Notes: generated from the letters alone by a model not told the origin. A DNA stretch of 60,202 nucleotides from an uncultured Bacilli bacterium (GCA_944359085.1 CALVSQ010000002.1:1-60202), one strand, 5' to 3'. Counted from the first letter of the stretch, positions 1 through 9,051 are shown. Made by a program: numbers and translations.

Positions 1-938
1 TTTTAGATAAAGAAACAGGTGAAATAGAACATAAACATTTTACTGATATAATTGATTATTTAGAAAAAGATGATATATTGGTTATTAATGATACTAAAGT
101 AATACCAGCTAGATTAATAGGTGTTAAGGAAGAAACTAATGCAGTTATTGAAATATTAATGTTAAAAGAAGTAAATAATACTTGGGAATGTTTAGTAAAA
201 CCTGCTAAAAGAGTAAAAGTTGGTACTATAATTAAATTTAGTGATAAATTAAAAGTAAAATGTGTTGAAGTAAAAGATGAAGGAATAAGAATATTTGAAT
301 TTATTTATGATGGTATTTTATACGAAATATTAGATGAGTTGGGTACAATGCCACTACCACCTTATATTCATGAAAAATTAAAAGATCAAAATAGATATCA
401 AACTATTTATGCTAAAAATCAAGGTAGTGCAGCTGCACCTACAGCAGGATTACATTTTACTAATGAATTATTAGAAAAAATAAAAGAAAAAGGTGTTATA
501 ATTGTTCCTATAACTTTACATGTGGGATTAGGAACATTTAGACCAGTTAATGTAGAAGATGTTACTAAACATAAAATGCATAGTGAATTTTATATGATGA
601 GTAAAGAAACTGCTGAAATATTAAATAATCATAAAAAAAGAATTATTGCTGTAGGTACAACAACTACTAGAACATTAGAAACTATAATGAATTTATATGG
701 TGAATTTAAAGAATGTAGTGGATGGACTGATATATTTATTTATCCAGGATATGAATTTAAGGCAATTGATTGCTTAATTACTAATTTTCATTTACCAAAA
801 TCAACCTTGGTTATGTTAGTAAGTGCTTTTACCACTAAAGAATATATTATGAATGCTTATAATGAAGCAATAAAAAACAACTATCGTTTCTTTAGTTTTG
901 GTGATAGTATGTTTATAAAGAAAGATAATTTTAGTTAA
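1..938 (+). CDS. queA: S-adenosylmethionine:tRNA ribosyltransferase-isomerase QueA (5' end outside window)
   Basis: The frame of ORF 78..938 stays open back to position 3 ([38 protein letters not shown]). QueA-like motifs [15 protein letters not shown] and [10 protein letters not shown] are present. Confidence 0.9.
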   Translation, partial: LDKETGEIEHKHFTDIIDYLEKDDILVINDTKVIPARLIGVKEETNAVIEILMLKEVNNTWECLVKPAKRVKVGTIIKFSDKLKVKCVEVKDEGIRIFEFIYDGILYEILDELGTMPLPPYIHEKLKDQNRYQTIYAKNQGSAAAPTAGLHFTNELLEKIKEKGVIIVPITLHVGLGTFRPVNVEDVTKHKMHSEFYMMSKETAEILNNHKKRIIAVGTTTTRTLETIMNLYGEFKECSGWTDIFIYPGYEFKAIDCLITNFHLPKSTLVMLVSAFTTKEYIMNAYNEAIKNNYRFFSFGDSMFIKKDNFS

Positions 939-950
939 AAGGAGAATTGT

Positions 951-1166
951 ATGAGTCACGAATATTTTAAAGAAAATTTAGAAGCTATTAATGCAGAAAG
1001 TCAACAAAAACAAATGGAAAAAGATTTAATGTATCAAAATATGATATCAGAAGGAAAACAAAAACAAGAAGATTGGAAATTAAAAATGGGATTATATGAT
1101 TTATCTAAAACACCTGATATATTAAAAGATGTTGAACAAGAGAAAAAAAGTTTTAGAACAAGATAA
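951..1166 (+). CDS. small charged hypothetical protein (71 aa)
   Basis: ORF starts 12 nt after the queA stop and is preceded by AAGGAG. It is Lys/Glu/Gln-rich with no motif I recognise. Confidence 0.4.
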   Translation: MSHEYFKENLEAINAESQQKQMEKDLMYQNMISEGKQKQEDWKLKMGLYDLSKTPDILKDVEQEKKSFRTR

Positions 1167-1309
1167 TACATAAATATTATTTATAAAGATAATTAGTCTT
1201 TGATTATTAATAAAATTATATAGTGAAGAATGATTGTTTTTTTTGCTTAATTTTACTAATAAAATATTATATTAATATAAGAATAATTAATTAAAAATTA
1301 ACAAAAATA

Positions 1310-1338
1310 TTGTATACAAAGTTAATTTATAGTATAAT
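1310..1338 (+). promoter_or_regulatory. sigma-A-type promoter of small-peptide mRNA, copy 1 (copy 2 equivalent at 1659-1687)
   Basis: TTGTAT-17 nt-TATAAT at 1310-1315/1333-1338. Copy 2 has TTGTGC-17 nt-TATAAT at 1659-1664/1682-1687. Confidence 0.5.
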
Positions 1339-1401
1339 TATATATAGGGAATATTAACTGTTGGGTACTTGCCGAGTTCTACAAGAAGGAAACAGATAAT
1401 T

Positions 1402-1491
1402 ATGAAGAAAAAAGATTTATTAATCTCATATCTAATCCTAATTATCATTTTATTAACAATATCTTTATTGATATTATGTATAAAAAAATAG
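1402..1491 (+). CDS. candidate type I toxin peptide, 29 aa (MKKKDLLISYLILIIILLTISLLILCIKK)
   Basis: Not in the ORF track because it is too short. AAGGA lies upstream. The peptide has a basic N-terminus, a ~20-residue hydrophobic span and a basic C-terminus. The mRNA 5' end (1347-1369) pairs with its 3' end (1537-1567), which is followed by a T-run. Confidence 0.5.
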   Translation: MKKKDLLISYLILIIILLTISLLILCIKK

Positions 1492-1594
1492 TACTAATCA
1501 AATTGATTAAGTACTTACCAAAACAAATCATAGGTGAGTACTCAACATAGCAAAGTTAAGTATTCCCTTTTTATTGTATGCAAGTTTCCTTGAC
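1481..1594 (-). ncRNA. candidate antisense (antitoxin) RNA, copy 1; ends approximate
   Basis: Minus strand carries TTGACA (rc of 1624-1629)-17 nt-TACAAT (rc of 1601-1606). Hairpin 1490-1515 is followed on the minus strand by a T7 run (rc of 1482-1488). The RNA would be complementary to the peptide mRNA 3' end. Confidence 0.45.
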
Positions 1595-1751
1595 AAATAC
1601 ATTGTATCATAAATTAATATGTTTGTCAAAATAAATTAATTAAAAATTAACAAATTTATTGTGCATAAAGTTAATTTATAGTATAATTATATATAGGGAA
1701 TATTAACTGTTGGGTACTTGCCAAATTCTAAACGAAGGAGGCTAGATAATT

Positions 1752-1841
1752 ATGAAGAAAAAAGATTTACTAATAACATTCTTAATTCTAATTATCATTT
1801 TATTAATAGTGTCATTAATGATATTATGTATAAAAAAATAG
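1752..1841 (+). CDS. candidate type I toxin peptide, 29 aa, copy 2 (MKKKDLLITFLILIIILLIVSLMILCIKK)
   Basis: AAGGAGG lies 10 nt upstream. 24 of 29 residues match copy 1, and all 5 changes are conservative. The 5'-3' mRNA pairing is the same (1696-1718 with 1887-1917), followed by a T-run. Confidence 0.5.
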   Translation: MKKKDLLITFLILIIILLIVSLMILCIKK

Positions 1842-1944
1842 TACTCAATCTAACTGATTAAGTACGAATCTTAAATCAATAAGGTGAGTACTTAACATAG
1901 GAAAGTTAAGTATTCCCTTTTTATTATATGCAAGTTTCCTTGAC
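1831..1944 (-). ncRNA. candidate antisense (antitoxin) RNA, copy 2; ends approximate
   Basis: Minus strand carries the perfect consensus TTGACA (rc of 1974-1979)-17 nt-TATAAT (rc of 1951-1956). Hairpin ~1840-1865 is followed by a T-run on the minus strand. The -35 element lies inside the last codons of the upstream minus-strand GT gene. Confidence 0.45.
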
Positions 1945-1964
1945 AAATACATTATATCATTTTT

Positions 1965-3041
1965 TTATTTTTCTGTCAAAGTTTTCTCAATTATAATTTT
2001 ATTATTAATTAATCTTTTATCTAAAGGACTAATTTCTAATGCTTTATTAATATTATCTAATGATTTTTGATAATCTTTTAAATTATAATATGCTATAGAT
2101 AAGATATCATATACAGTATGATCCCAACTAAATGGTTCATTAATATAACTTTTAGCGTGAGTTTTAATTTCTAAAGCTTGATTGCAATATTTAATTACAT
2201 TATCCCATTCTTTTAATTGATAATATAATAAAGCTAACTCAATATAAGAATCTCTTAAATATGGTGCTTCTACAATAGCTTTATTAAGCCACATTTTAGC
2301 TTCTTCCAATCTATTTAAATTTTTATAACATCTTGCAATAAATCTCATTGATGCACATCTTTCATCTTTCCACAAAGCTGTAGGCAGTGATAAATGTTTT
2401 AATAGCATATCAATAGCTTCATTCCATCTTTGACGAAACATATATTCACGACCTAAATAATGAGTATTTCGATCATTAGTAGGATCTTCCTTAACTGCTA
2501 ATTCTAATAAAGGTAAATAGCTAGATCTAGATTTAGTATTATCTGGAAAATGTTCAATTGTTAAATTATCACAAGTTATAAATTTTTCTTCATTATCACA
2601 TTTTAATATTTCATGAACAGGGTTAACCCATTTATAGTTTTTGCGACTATGTATTTTATCACATAAAAAATTTACAGCTGGTTTTCCATATTCATCATGA
2701 CTCCAAATGTAATTGTATCTTAGTCTTGTAGTATCTTCTTTCCAATTATTTAAAATAATTTCTTTCCAACCTTCAACTAAAACTTCATCTAAATCTAAAG
2801 CAATACAAACATCGAAGTCTTCTGGTATCATTTCTAAAGATAAATTTCTTGCTACATCAAATCGCCATGGATCTATTTTTTTTTGTTTAACTACAATTCC
2901 ATGGCTTTTTAATTTATTGACTGTATCATCTGTAGATCCTGTATCAAGTACGTAAATTCCATCAGCCTCTTTAGCTGATTCATAAAATCTATCGACAAAT
3001 TTTTCTTCATTTTTACAAATTGCATAAACACATATTTTCAA
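1965..3041 (-). CDS. family-2-like glycosyltransferase with C-terminal TPR repeats
   Basis: N-terminus MKICVYAICKNEEKFVDRF..VLDTGSTDDT..LDLDE resembles a GT-A fold with a DxD motif. The C-terminal half has repeated TPR-like helices (RCYKNLNRLEEAKMWLNKAI, ALLYYQLKEWDNVIKYCNQALEI, IAYYNLKDYQKSLDNINKALEI). Confidence 0.7.
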   Translation of the reverse strand: MKICVYAICKNEEKFVDRFYESAKEADGIYVLDTGSTDDTVNKLKSHGIVVKQKKIDPWRFDVARNLSLEMIPEDFDVCIALDLDEVLVEGWKEIILNNWKEDTTRLRYNYIWSHDEYGKPAVNFLCDKIHSRKNYKWVNPVHEILKCDNEEKFITCDNLTIEHFPDNTKSRSSYLPLLELAVKEDPTNDRNTHYLGREYMFRQRWNEAIDMLLKHLSLPTALWKDERCASMRFIARCYKNLNRLEEAKMWLNKAIVEAPYLRDSYIELALLYYQLKEWDNVIKYCNQALEIKTHAKSYINEPFSWDHTVYDILSIAYYNLKDYQKSLDNINKALEISPLDKRLINNKIIIEKTLTEK

Positions 3042-3117
3042 ATAAAATCACCCATTTAATAATATGTTTTAATTGACTAATAAATGTATTTATTTTATAA
3101 TGATTTTGAGGTGACTT

Positions 3118-3996
3118 ATGGTTATAGTTGTATTAGGTCCTACAGCAGTAGGCAAGACAAAAATGAGTGTTGAATTAGCAAAATTATTAAATGGTGAAAT
3201 AATAAATGTTGATAGTACTCAAATATATAAAGATTTAGATATTGCAACAGCTAAAATAAAAGAGGAAGAAAAAGAAGAAATACCACATCATTTATTTGAT
3301 ATAAAAAATATTAAAGAAGATTATACTGTTTATGATTATCAAAAAGATTGCCGAAATAAAATTGATGAAATACTAAGTAAAAATAAAACACCTATTTTAG
3401 TAGGTGGCACAGGATTATATATTAAAGCTGCTTTATATGATTATAAATTTAATGATGAAGTTAATGATCAATTTGAAGATTTAACTAATGAAAAAATATA
3501 TAATAAGTTAAAAGAATTAGATGAAAACATTGATATTCATATTAATAACAGAAAAAGATTAGTAAGGGCTTTAAATTACTGTTTAAATAATAATTTGAAA
3601 TTTAGCGAAAAAGAAAAAACAGATAAATTATTATATGATACTGTTTTTATAGGACTAACTACTGATCGTAATATTTTATATGATAGAATTAATAAAAGAG
3701 TAGATATAATGGTTAAAGATGGATTATTAGAAGAAGCTAAAAAAATATATGATTCAAATATAAGAACTAAAGCAGTTATGACACCAATAGGTTATAAAGA
3801 ATTGTTTCCATATTTTGAAGATAAAAAATCTTTAGAAGAGTGTTTAGAATTAATTAAACAAAATAGTAGAAAATATGCTAAAAGACAATATACTTGGTTT
3901 AATAATCAAATGGATGTTGTTTGGTTTAAAGTTGATTTTGATAATTTTAATAATACAATAAAAGAAGTATATAATTATATTATTTCTTTAAAATAG
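3118..3996 (+). CDS. miaA: tRNA dimethylallyltransferase
   Basis: P-loop VVLGPTAVGKT, then DSTQIYKDLDIATAKI, PILVGGTGLYIKA and a YAKRQYTWF C-terminal motif. Confidence 0.9.
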   Translation: MVIVVLGPTAVGKTKMSVELAKLLNGEIINVDSTQIYKDLDIATAKIKEEEKEEIPHHLFDIKNIKEDYTVYDYQKDCRNKIDEILSKNKTPILVGGTGLYIKAALYDYKFNDEVNDQFEDLTNEKIYNKLKELDENIDIHINNRKRLVRALNYCLNNNLKFSEKEKTDKLLYDTVFIGLTTDRNILYDRINKRVDIMVKDGLLEEAKKIYDSNIRTKAVMTPIGYKELFPYFEDKKSLEECLELIKQNSRKYAKRQYTWFNNQMDVVWFKVDFDNFNNTIKEVYNYIISLK

Positions 3997-5032
3997 GATT
4001 ATTTTTATTGATATCTTTACTAATCAAATTATAAATATTATCAACTAATAATTCATAATTATCATATTTTGTAAGAAGAGATAATTTTACTTCTTTTTTA
4101 ATTTCATTTAAATATTGTCTACCTTTGTTATTGAATCCTAAAATTCTAATATGTTCTAATTTATAATTTTTTTTGTCTAAACAACACAAAATATGAACTA
4201 AACATCTTTTAATTCTGTTGTAAGTATAATTTTTATGTTTAACATTACTAATTAATTCTTCTATATTGTTTGATTTTAAAATATTTTTTTTAAGTAAACT
4301 ATTTAAACTAACATCGATATCTTGATATTTAGTTAAATCTTCGGTCATTATTTTATGTTTAATTATTAAATAAAAATCATTTAAATTTATATTTTTAATA
4401 TAGTTAGTATTAGGAACATATTTTGATATATCATCATTATTATAAATTAAATTTCTAATGCTAGTTGCACTACTTATTTTACCATTTACATTTTTATCGT
4501 GATAATCATTCGTTCTTTTAATTGTAATTGGTTTTATTTTACTATTTAATTTTTTAATAGCTTTTATATAACTAACACCTAATAAATCATTTGGTGTATT
4601 AATTGAAATGTTTATTTTATTTTTTAAAGCAATATCGATTGCTTTCGGATAATTATATCCTTTTTTTAATAAATCTTTTATATCAATATTTGTATCAGCA
4701 ATTTTATATAAAACATCTATATCATTTAATTCACTACCAAAAACTAAATAATCACATTTTAAATTATCTAAAATACTAATTGCTCCATATGCATAAATAT
4801 CAGCAGATTGTGTAGCAAAAGCAAAAGGTAATTCAACTACTAGATCTATACCATAATCTAGAGCTAGTTTAGTTTTGTCCCATTTATTTATAACTGATAC
4901 ATCGCCACGATTTAAAAAATTACCAACTAAAACTAATGTAATAACTTCATTTGGAAATAATTCTTTAACTTTATCTAAATGATATAAATGTCCATTATGA
5001 AATGGATTATATTCACAAATAATACCAACCAT
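3980..5032 (-). CDS. tmcAL: tRNA(Met) cytidine acetate ligase (YlbM/UPF0348 nucleotidyltransferase)
   Basis: N-terminus MVGIICEYNPFHNGHLYHL is the HxGH nucleotidyltransferase signature of the YlbM/TmcAL family. The length (~350 aa) fits. Confidence 0.8.
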   Translation of the reverse strand: MVGIICEYNPFHNGHLYHLDKVKELFPNEVITLVLVGNFLNRGDVSVINKWDKTKLALDYGIDLVVELPFAFATQSADIYAYGAISILDNLKCDYLVFGSELNDIDVLYKIADTNIDIKDLLKKGYNYPKAIDIALKNKINISINTPNDLLGVSYIKAIKKLNSKIKPITIKRTNDYHDKNVNGKISSATSIRNLIYNNDDISKYVPNTNYIKNINLNDFYLIIKHKIMTEDLTKYQDIDVSLNSLLKKNILKSNNIEELISNVKHKNYTYNRIKRCLVHILCCLDKKNYKLEHIRILGFNNKGRQYLNEIKKEVKLSLLTKYDNYELLVDNIYNLISKDINKNNPILKK

Positions 5033-5110
5033 ACAAAATCACCTAAGTAGATTATATCAAATTTATTTACTTTTTAAAATTTTTTTTGTATAATTAAATA
5101 GGTGATTCAA

Positions 5111-5578
5111 ATGAATGTTGATATTACAAGATTAAAAAGTGGTATTGATTCTAATGTTTTAATTGATTTAAATTATTCTTTTACAAAAGAACAATTAGAA
5201 AATACTAATATTTTAGAATTAAATAATGTAAAAATAAAAGGTGAAATAACTAATGGAATAGAGGATTATTATTTAAAATTAAACATTGAAGGAACTATGA
5301 TTTTACCTTGTTCAATTAGTTTAAAACCAACAAAATATCCATTTTCTATCGAAATAGATGATGATTTAAGTGAATTTTTAGAAGAAAATTTAGAAAATAA
5401 TCAAAATACTATTGATATTTTTCCAATAATATGGGAAAATATATTAATGGAAATTCCCCTTAAAGTTGTAAATGAAGATTTATCGGATGTAAAAAAAGAA
5501 GGCGATGGCTGGAAGTTTATAACTGATAAGGAAGAAAGAATTAATCCTGAATTAGAAAAATTAAAAGATTTATTATAG
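5111..5578 (+). CDS. yceD: YceD/DUF177 family protein (23S rRNA accumulation protein)
   Basis: It sits immediately upstream of rpmF, the conserved yceD-rpmF pairing. It is acidic and has a C-terminal ..ELEKLKDLL. I prefer ATG 5111 because the GTG at 5102 is part of the GGTGA RBS. Confidence 0.7.
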   Translation: MNVDITRLKSGIDSNVLIDLNYSFTKEQLENTNILELNNVKIKGEITNGIEDYYLKLNIEGTMILPCSISLKPTKYPFSIEIDDDLSEFLEENLENNQNTIDIFPIIWENILMEIPLKVVNEDLSDVKKEGDGWKFITDKEERINPELEKLKDLL

Positions 5579-5591
5579 GGAGGTGTTATAA

Positions 5592-5771
5592 ATGGCAGTA
5601 CCATTTAGAAAAGTTAGTAAAACTCGTGGACGTAAAAGAAGAACTCATTATGTTATAAATGCTAATACAACAGTTAAATGTCCAAAATGTGGTGAAATGA
5701 TTAAACCACATAGAGTATGTCCAAAATGTGGAACTTACAAAAACAAAGAAGTAGTTAAAACAGCTGAATAG
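5592..5771 (+). CDS. rpmF: 50S ribosomal protein L32
   Basis: Not in the ORF track (59 aa). The sequence is [59 protein letters not shown], preceded by a GGGAGG RBS. Confidence 0.9.
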   Translation: MAVPFRKVSKTRGRKRRTHYVINANTTVKCPKCGEMIKPHRVCPKCGTYKNKEVVKTAE

Positions 5772-5795
5772 TTGTTTTTTTGTAAAAAAAAACTA

Positions 5796-6224
5796 TTAAA
5801 TAGTTTTTTGATGAGTCAATTGTTTCATATCAATTATACAAAAATTTTTATCTTTTAAATTTTCACAATATTCAAGTTCTTTAAATAATTCGTGAGAATC
5901 TAAACCACTTAATTTAGAATGTTTTATTAGAATTATTGTGTTTGCATCTGAAACGTATGCTTTGAAATGATTAAATTTTCTTTCATACCAATCAGAATAT
6001 TGACGCAATCTTTCTTCTTTTGAATTCTTACCACCTTTATGCAAATAATCGATAATTGCTTCTTCAATTCTTTTATCAATTTTTTCAGGTTCCATAAAAT
6101 CATAGGGAATAACTAATTCTTCTTCTTGGACATTTATAATTTCATGTAAATGTTCCCAAATAGTAGTATATTCTTCTTTGCCACATAAAATATAAACTTT
6201 TTTTCTATTTTTCCATTCTATCAT
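5796..6224 (-). CDS. hypothetical protein (142 aa)
   Basis: Clean ORF with AGGTGA upstream. I recognise no motif. Confidence 0.45.
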   Translation of the reverse strand: MIEWKNRKKVYILCGKEEYTTIWEHLHEIINVQEEELVIPYDFMEPEKIDKRIEEAIIDYLHKGGKNSKEERLRQYSDWYERKFNHFKAYVSDANTIILIKHSKLSGLDSHELFKELEYCENLKDKNFCIIDMKQLTHQKTI

Positions 6225-6274
6225 ATAATATCACCTCGTATGTGGCTATATATTAACATATATTTATATAAAAA

Positions 6275-7399
6275 TCAATTTGTATATCTAATAGTTTCAT
6301 TTGATATATTAAAGATAATTCCTATCATAATCATATAACTTAATAATGAAGAGCCACCATAACTTATAAATGGAAGCGTAATACCTGTAATAGGCATAAG
6401 ACCAAAAGTCATACCAATATTTTGTAATTGTTGATATATTAACATACCAACAATACCAGATATAATATACTTATTAGTTAAATTAGTATTTCTTAAAGCA
6501 AGTAATATTAATCTTATATCAAATAAAGTAATTAATCCTAATAAAATTAAAACTCCAATAAAACCAAAATTATTAGCATACACAGCAAAGATAAAATCAG
6601 TTTGTGGTTCAGGAAAATAGATAGGTGTATTATTAGGTCCCATTCCGATTAAGCCTCCAGAACCGATACTAATCATACCATTTTCTAATTGATACCCACT
6701 ACTATTTGACCAATCTAATAATCTATCAACTCTTAAGAAAAAATCTGTTCCAAATATTTTAATAAATAAATCAGTATTAATAAAATATATACCTAATACT
6801 AAAGCAATAAATAAAATAATAATTGAAAATAAAATGATAAACCATCGATATCTAATACCAAATATAAATAGCATAACAACAGTAATAAGTAAATATATTA
6901 ATACAACACCTGTATCAGGTTGTAAAAATGTTAAGATACTAGGAATTAATACAATAATTCCAACTTTAATTAAAAATCTAAATTCTTCTAAAACAGTAGG
7001 ATTATTATATTCTTCATTAAAATTATGAATCATAGTTCCTATTGTTATAATTAAAATTATTTTCATAAATTCACTCGGCTGAATAGTACCAAGACCTGGT
7101 ATACTAAACCAACATTTAGCATTGTTAATAGGATTAGCAAATAATAATAATCCTATTAATGAAATAATTCCAATAATATAAAATATCCAAATATTTTTAT
7201 AAATAAAATCATTACCAATAAACATAATAAAATAGGCGATAATAAATCCTGCTACATACCATAATAATTGTTTATAGACTAAAGTGTTATTTGATATTAA
7301 ATCTTGAGCACTATTAATAGTTATTAAACTGATAATTATAAACAAAAATAAAACTATTAACAAAATCGTATCTACTTTGTATTTAGAAATTTTCTTCAT
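6275..7399 (-). CDS. SEDS family peptidoglycan polymerase (FtsW/RodA/SpoVE)
   Basis: About 10 TM segments, plus SEDS motifs QPSEFMKI, LQPDTG, PEPQTDFIF and LPFISYGGSS. Confidence 0.85.
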   Translation of the reverse strand: MKKISKYKVDTILLIVLFLFIIISLITINSAQDLISNNTLVYKQLLWYVAGFIIAYFIMFIGNDFIYKNIWIFYIIGIISLIGLLLFANPINNAKCWFSIPGLGTIQPSEFMKIILIITIGTMIHNFNEEYNNPTVLEEFRFLIKVGIIVLIPSILTFLQPDTGVVLIYLLITVVMLFIFGIRYRWFIILFSIIILFIALVLGIYFINTDLFIKIFGTDFFLRVDRLLDWSNSSGYQLENGMISIGSGGLIGMGPNNTPIYFPEPQTDFIFAVYANNFGFIGVLILLGLITLFDIRLILLALRNTNLTNKYIISGIVGMLIYQQLQNIGMTFGLMPITGITLPFISYGGSSLLSYMIMIGIIFNISNETIRYTN

Positions 7400-7496
7400 A
7401 ATTTCACCTATTATTATCTTACACTAAATTTGTAAATTATACAATTAAATATTTGCAAAATAAAAAAAATATAGTATAATTTATATAGGTGATTAT

Positions 7497-7814
7497 ATGG
7501 AACATATATGGCAATATATAATAATATTAGTTATCGCTATTATTATTGCTGTTGCAATTGTAAAATCAAAACAAAAGGATTTTAAGTTAGAAGCTAATAA
7601 ATTAGTAGAGTATTTAGGTGGTAAAGATAACATTATCAATTATGAAACTAATAAATCAAGATTTATAGTTGAACTTAAGGATACTAAAAAAGTAAATAAA
7701 GAAGGTATCCAAAAAATAGGTGCTCAAGGAATAGTTGAAATTGATAATCAATTAAAAATTATTTTAGGAGGACAAGCAGAAAAAATAAAAAAATTTATTG
7801 ATGATTTGAAGTAA
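7497..7814 (+). CDS. membrane-anchored protein with degenerate PTS EIIB(Glc)-like domain
   Basis: One N-terminal TM segment, then LVEYLGGKDNIINYETNKSRFIVELKD. This resembles the EIIB NxxxC(A/I)TRLR region, but the phosphorylatable Cys position is Lys. Confidence 0.45.
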   Translation: MEHIWQYIIILVIAIIIAVAIVKSKQKDFKLEANKLVEYLGGKDNIINYETNKSRFIVELKDTKKVNKEGIQKIGAQGIVEIDNQLKIILGGQAEKIKKFIDDLK

Positions 7815-7835
7815 CTTTGGTTACTTTTTATTTTT

Positions 7836-7852
7836 TTCGACATAATTCGACA
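7836..7852 (+). promoter_or_regulatory. two direct Spo0A-box-like heptamers (TTCGACA, complement of TGTCGAA), 10 bp centre to centre
   Basis: TTCGACA at 7836-7842 and at 7846-7852. They lie just upstream of, and overlap, the weak -35 region of a TATAAT (7874-7879) preceding kinase gene 7897. Confidence 0.4.
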
Positions 7853-7896
7853 AAATAATTAAAAAAAATGTAATATAATGGGTTTAGGTGAGTTAA

Positions 7897-9051
7897 ATGT
7901 TATATCAAGTTTTATTTAATATTATTATTTTATTATTTCCTTTAATAGTTTATTTATTTTATTGTACTTATAGTAACAATATAAATAAAGAACAAAATAA
8001 ATTATTTTTAGATTTAGCACTTTTATCAAGTTTATATTTATTAATTATTTATAATAATGGTAATAGTGATTTAATAATCTTATTTAATATTCCACTTATA
8101 TTTGCTTTTATTAAAAAAAGAACATTGATAAGTATTATTATTACTATTATAATTTTAATGAATTATGCTGATGCTAATATAACAATTTATATAATGGAAT
8201 ATTTAATATATTATTTAATATACATTTTTTATCAAAAAAATATTTTAAATTTATTTATAATAATTAAACTTATTTTTAATTTTAATTTATTAACTAGTAT
8301 TATTTTTGTGATAACAACTTATTTGGTTATATTCTTATATAAAAAAGGTGAGGATATAATAAAATTACATATGAATTTAAAAGAACTAGAAAAAGAAACA
8401 CAATTAAGATCATCTTTATTTAAAATAACTCATGAAATAAAAAATCCGATTGCTGTATGTAAAAGTTATTTGGATATGTTTGATATTAATAATAAAGATC
8501 ATGAAAGATATATTGATATATTAAAAGAGGAAATGGATAAAATATTATTATTGTTACAAGATTTTTTATCAATGAATAAAATAAAAATTCAAAAAGAAAT
8601 ATTGGATATTAATTTATTATTAGAAGATGTTGTTAATCAATTTGAACCTGTTTTAAAAGAAAAAAATATTAAGTTCAAACATAATATATGTGAGGATGAA
8701 GTATTTGTTTTGGGAGATTATAATCGATTAAATCAAGTATTAATAAATATGATTAAAAATAGTATTGAAGCAATAGAAAAAAAAGGAGTAATAAGTATTG
8801 ATTATAAGATAGAAGAAAATTTTAAAATTATTATTGAAGATAATGGTATGGGAATACCTAAAGATGAACTAGAAAAAATAAAGGAACCATTTTATACAAC
8901 TAAAAAAAATGGCACAGGTTTAGGTGTGTCATTATCAATTGAAATTGTAAAAGCTCATAATGGCAAAATTAATTATATTCCTTTAAAAAAAGGAACAAGA
9001 GTAATTATTGAACTTCCTATTTATGAATTATTTAGCCTCGATGTAGACTGA
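7897..9051 (+). CDS. orphan membrane sensor histidine kinase, sporulation (Kin)-type H-box
   Basis: Polytopic N-terminal region. The H-box ITHEIKNPIAV resembles the HEIRNPL of KinA-E-type kinases. HATPase N, G1 and G2 boxes are present (NMIKNSIEA, DNGMGIP, GTGLGVSLS). No adjacent response regulator. Confidence 0.8.
   Translation: MLYQVLFNIIILLFPLIVYLFYCTYSNNINKEQNKLFLDLALLSSLYLLIIYNNGNSDLIILFNIPLIFAFIKKRTLISIIITIIILMNYADANITIYIMEYLIYYLIYIFYQKNILNLFIIIKLIFNFNLLTSIIFVITTYLVIFLYKKGEDIIKLHMNLKELEKETQLRSSLFKITHEIKNPIAVCKSYLDMFDINNKDHERYIDILKEEMDKILLLLQDFLSMNKIKIQKEILDINLLLEDVVNQFEPVLKEKNIKFKHNICEDEVFVLGDYNRLNQVLINMIKNSIEAIEKKGVISIDYKIEENFKIIIEDNGMGIPKDELEKIKEPFYTTKKNGTGLGVSLSIEIVKAHNGKINYIPLKKGTRVIIELPIYELFSLDVD

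Larger units (their letters stand above)
1285..1980. repeat. tandem duplication of a ~350-bp unit (unit 1 ~1285-1633, unit 2 ~1634-1980)
   Basis: The two units align almost base-for-base. ATG 1402 and ATG 1752 are exactly 350 nt apart, and promoters, small ORF, hairpins and T-runs are all conserved. Confidence 0.9.

Noticed and set aside
1285-1980. CRISPR array or leader-peptide attenuator as the explanation for the tandem repeat
   Set aside because: There are only two units of ~350 bp, with promoters and an ORF, rather than short repeats with spacers, and there are no cas genes. It is not an attenuator either, because no downstream plus-strand gene exists; the next gene is on the opposite strand.
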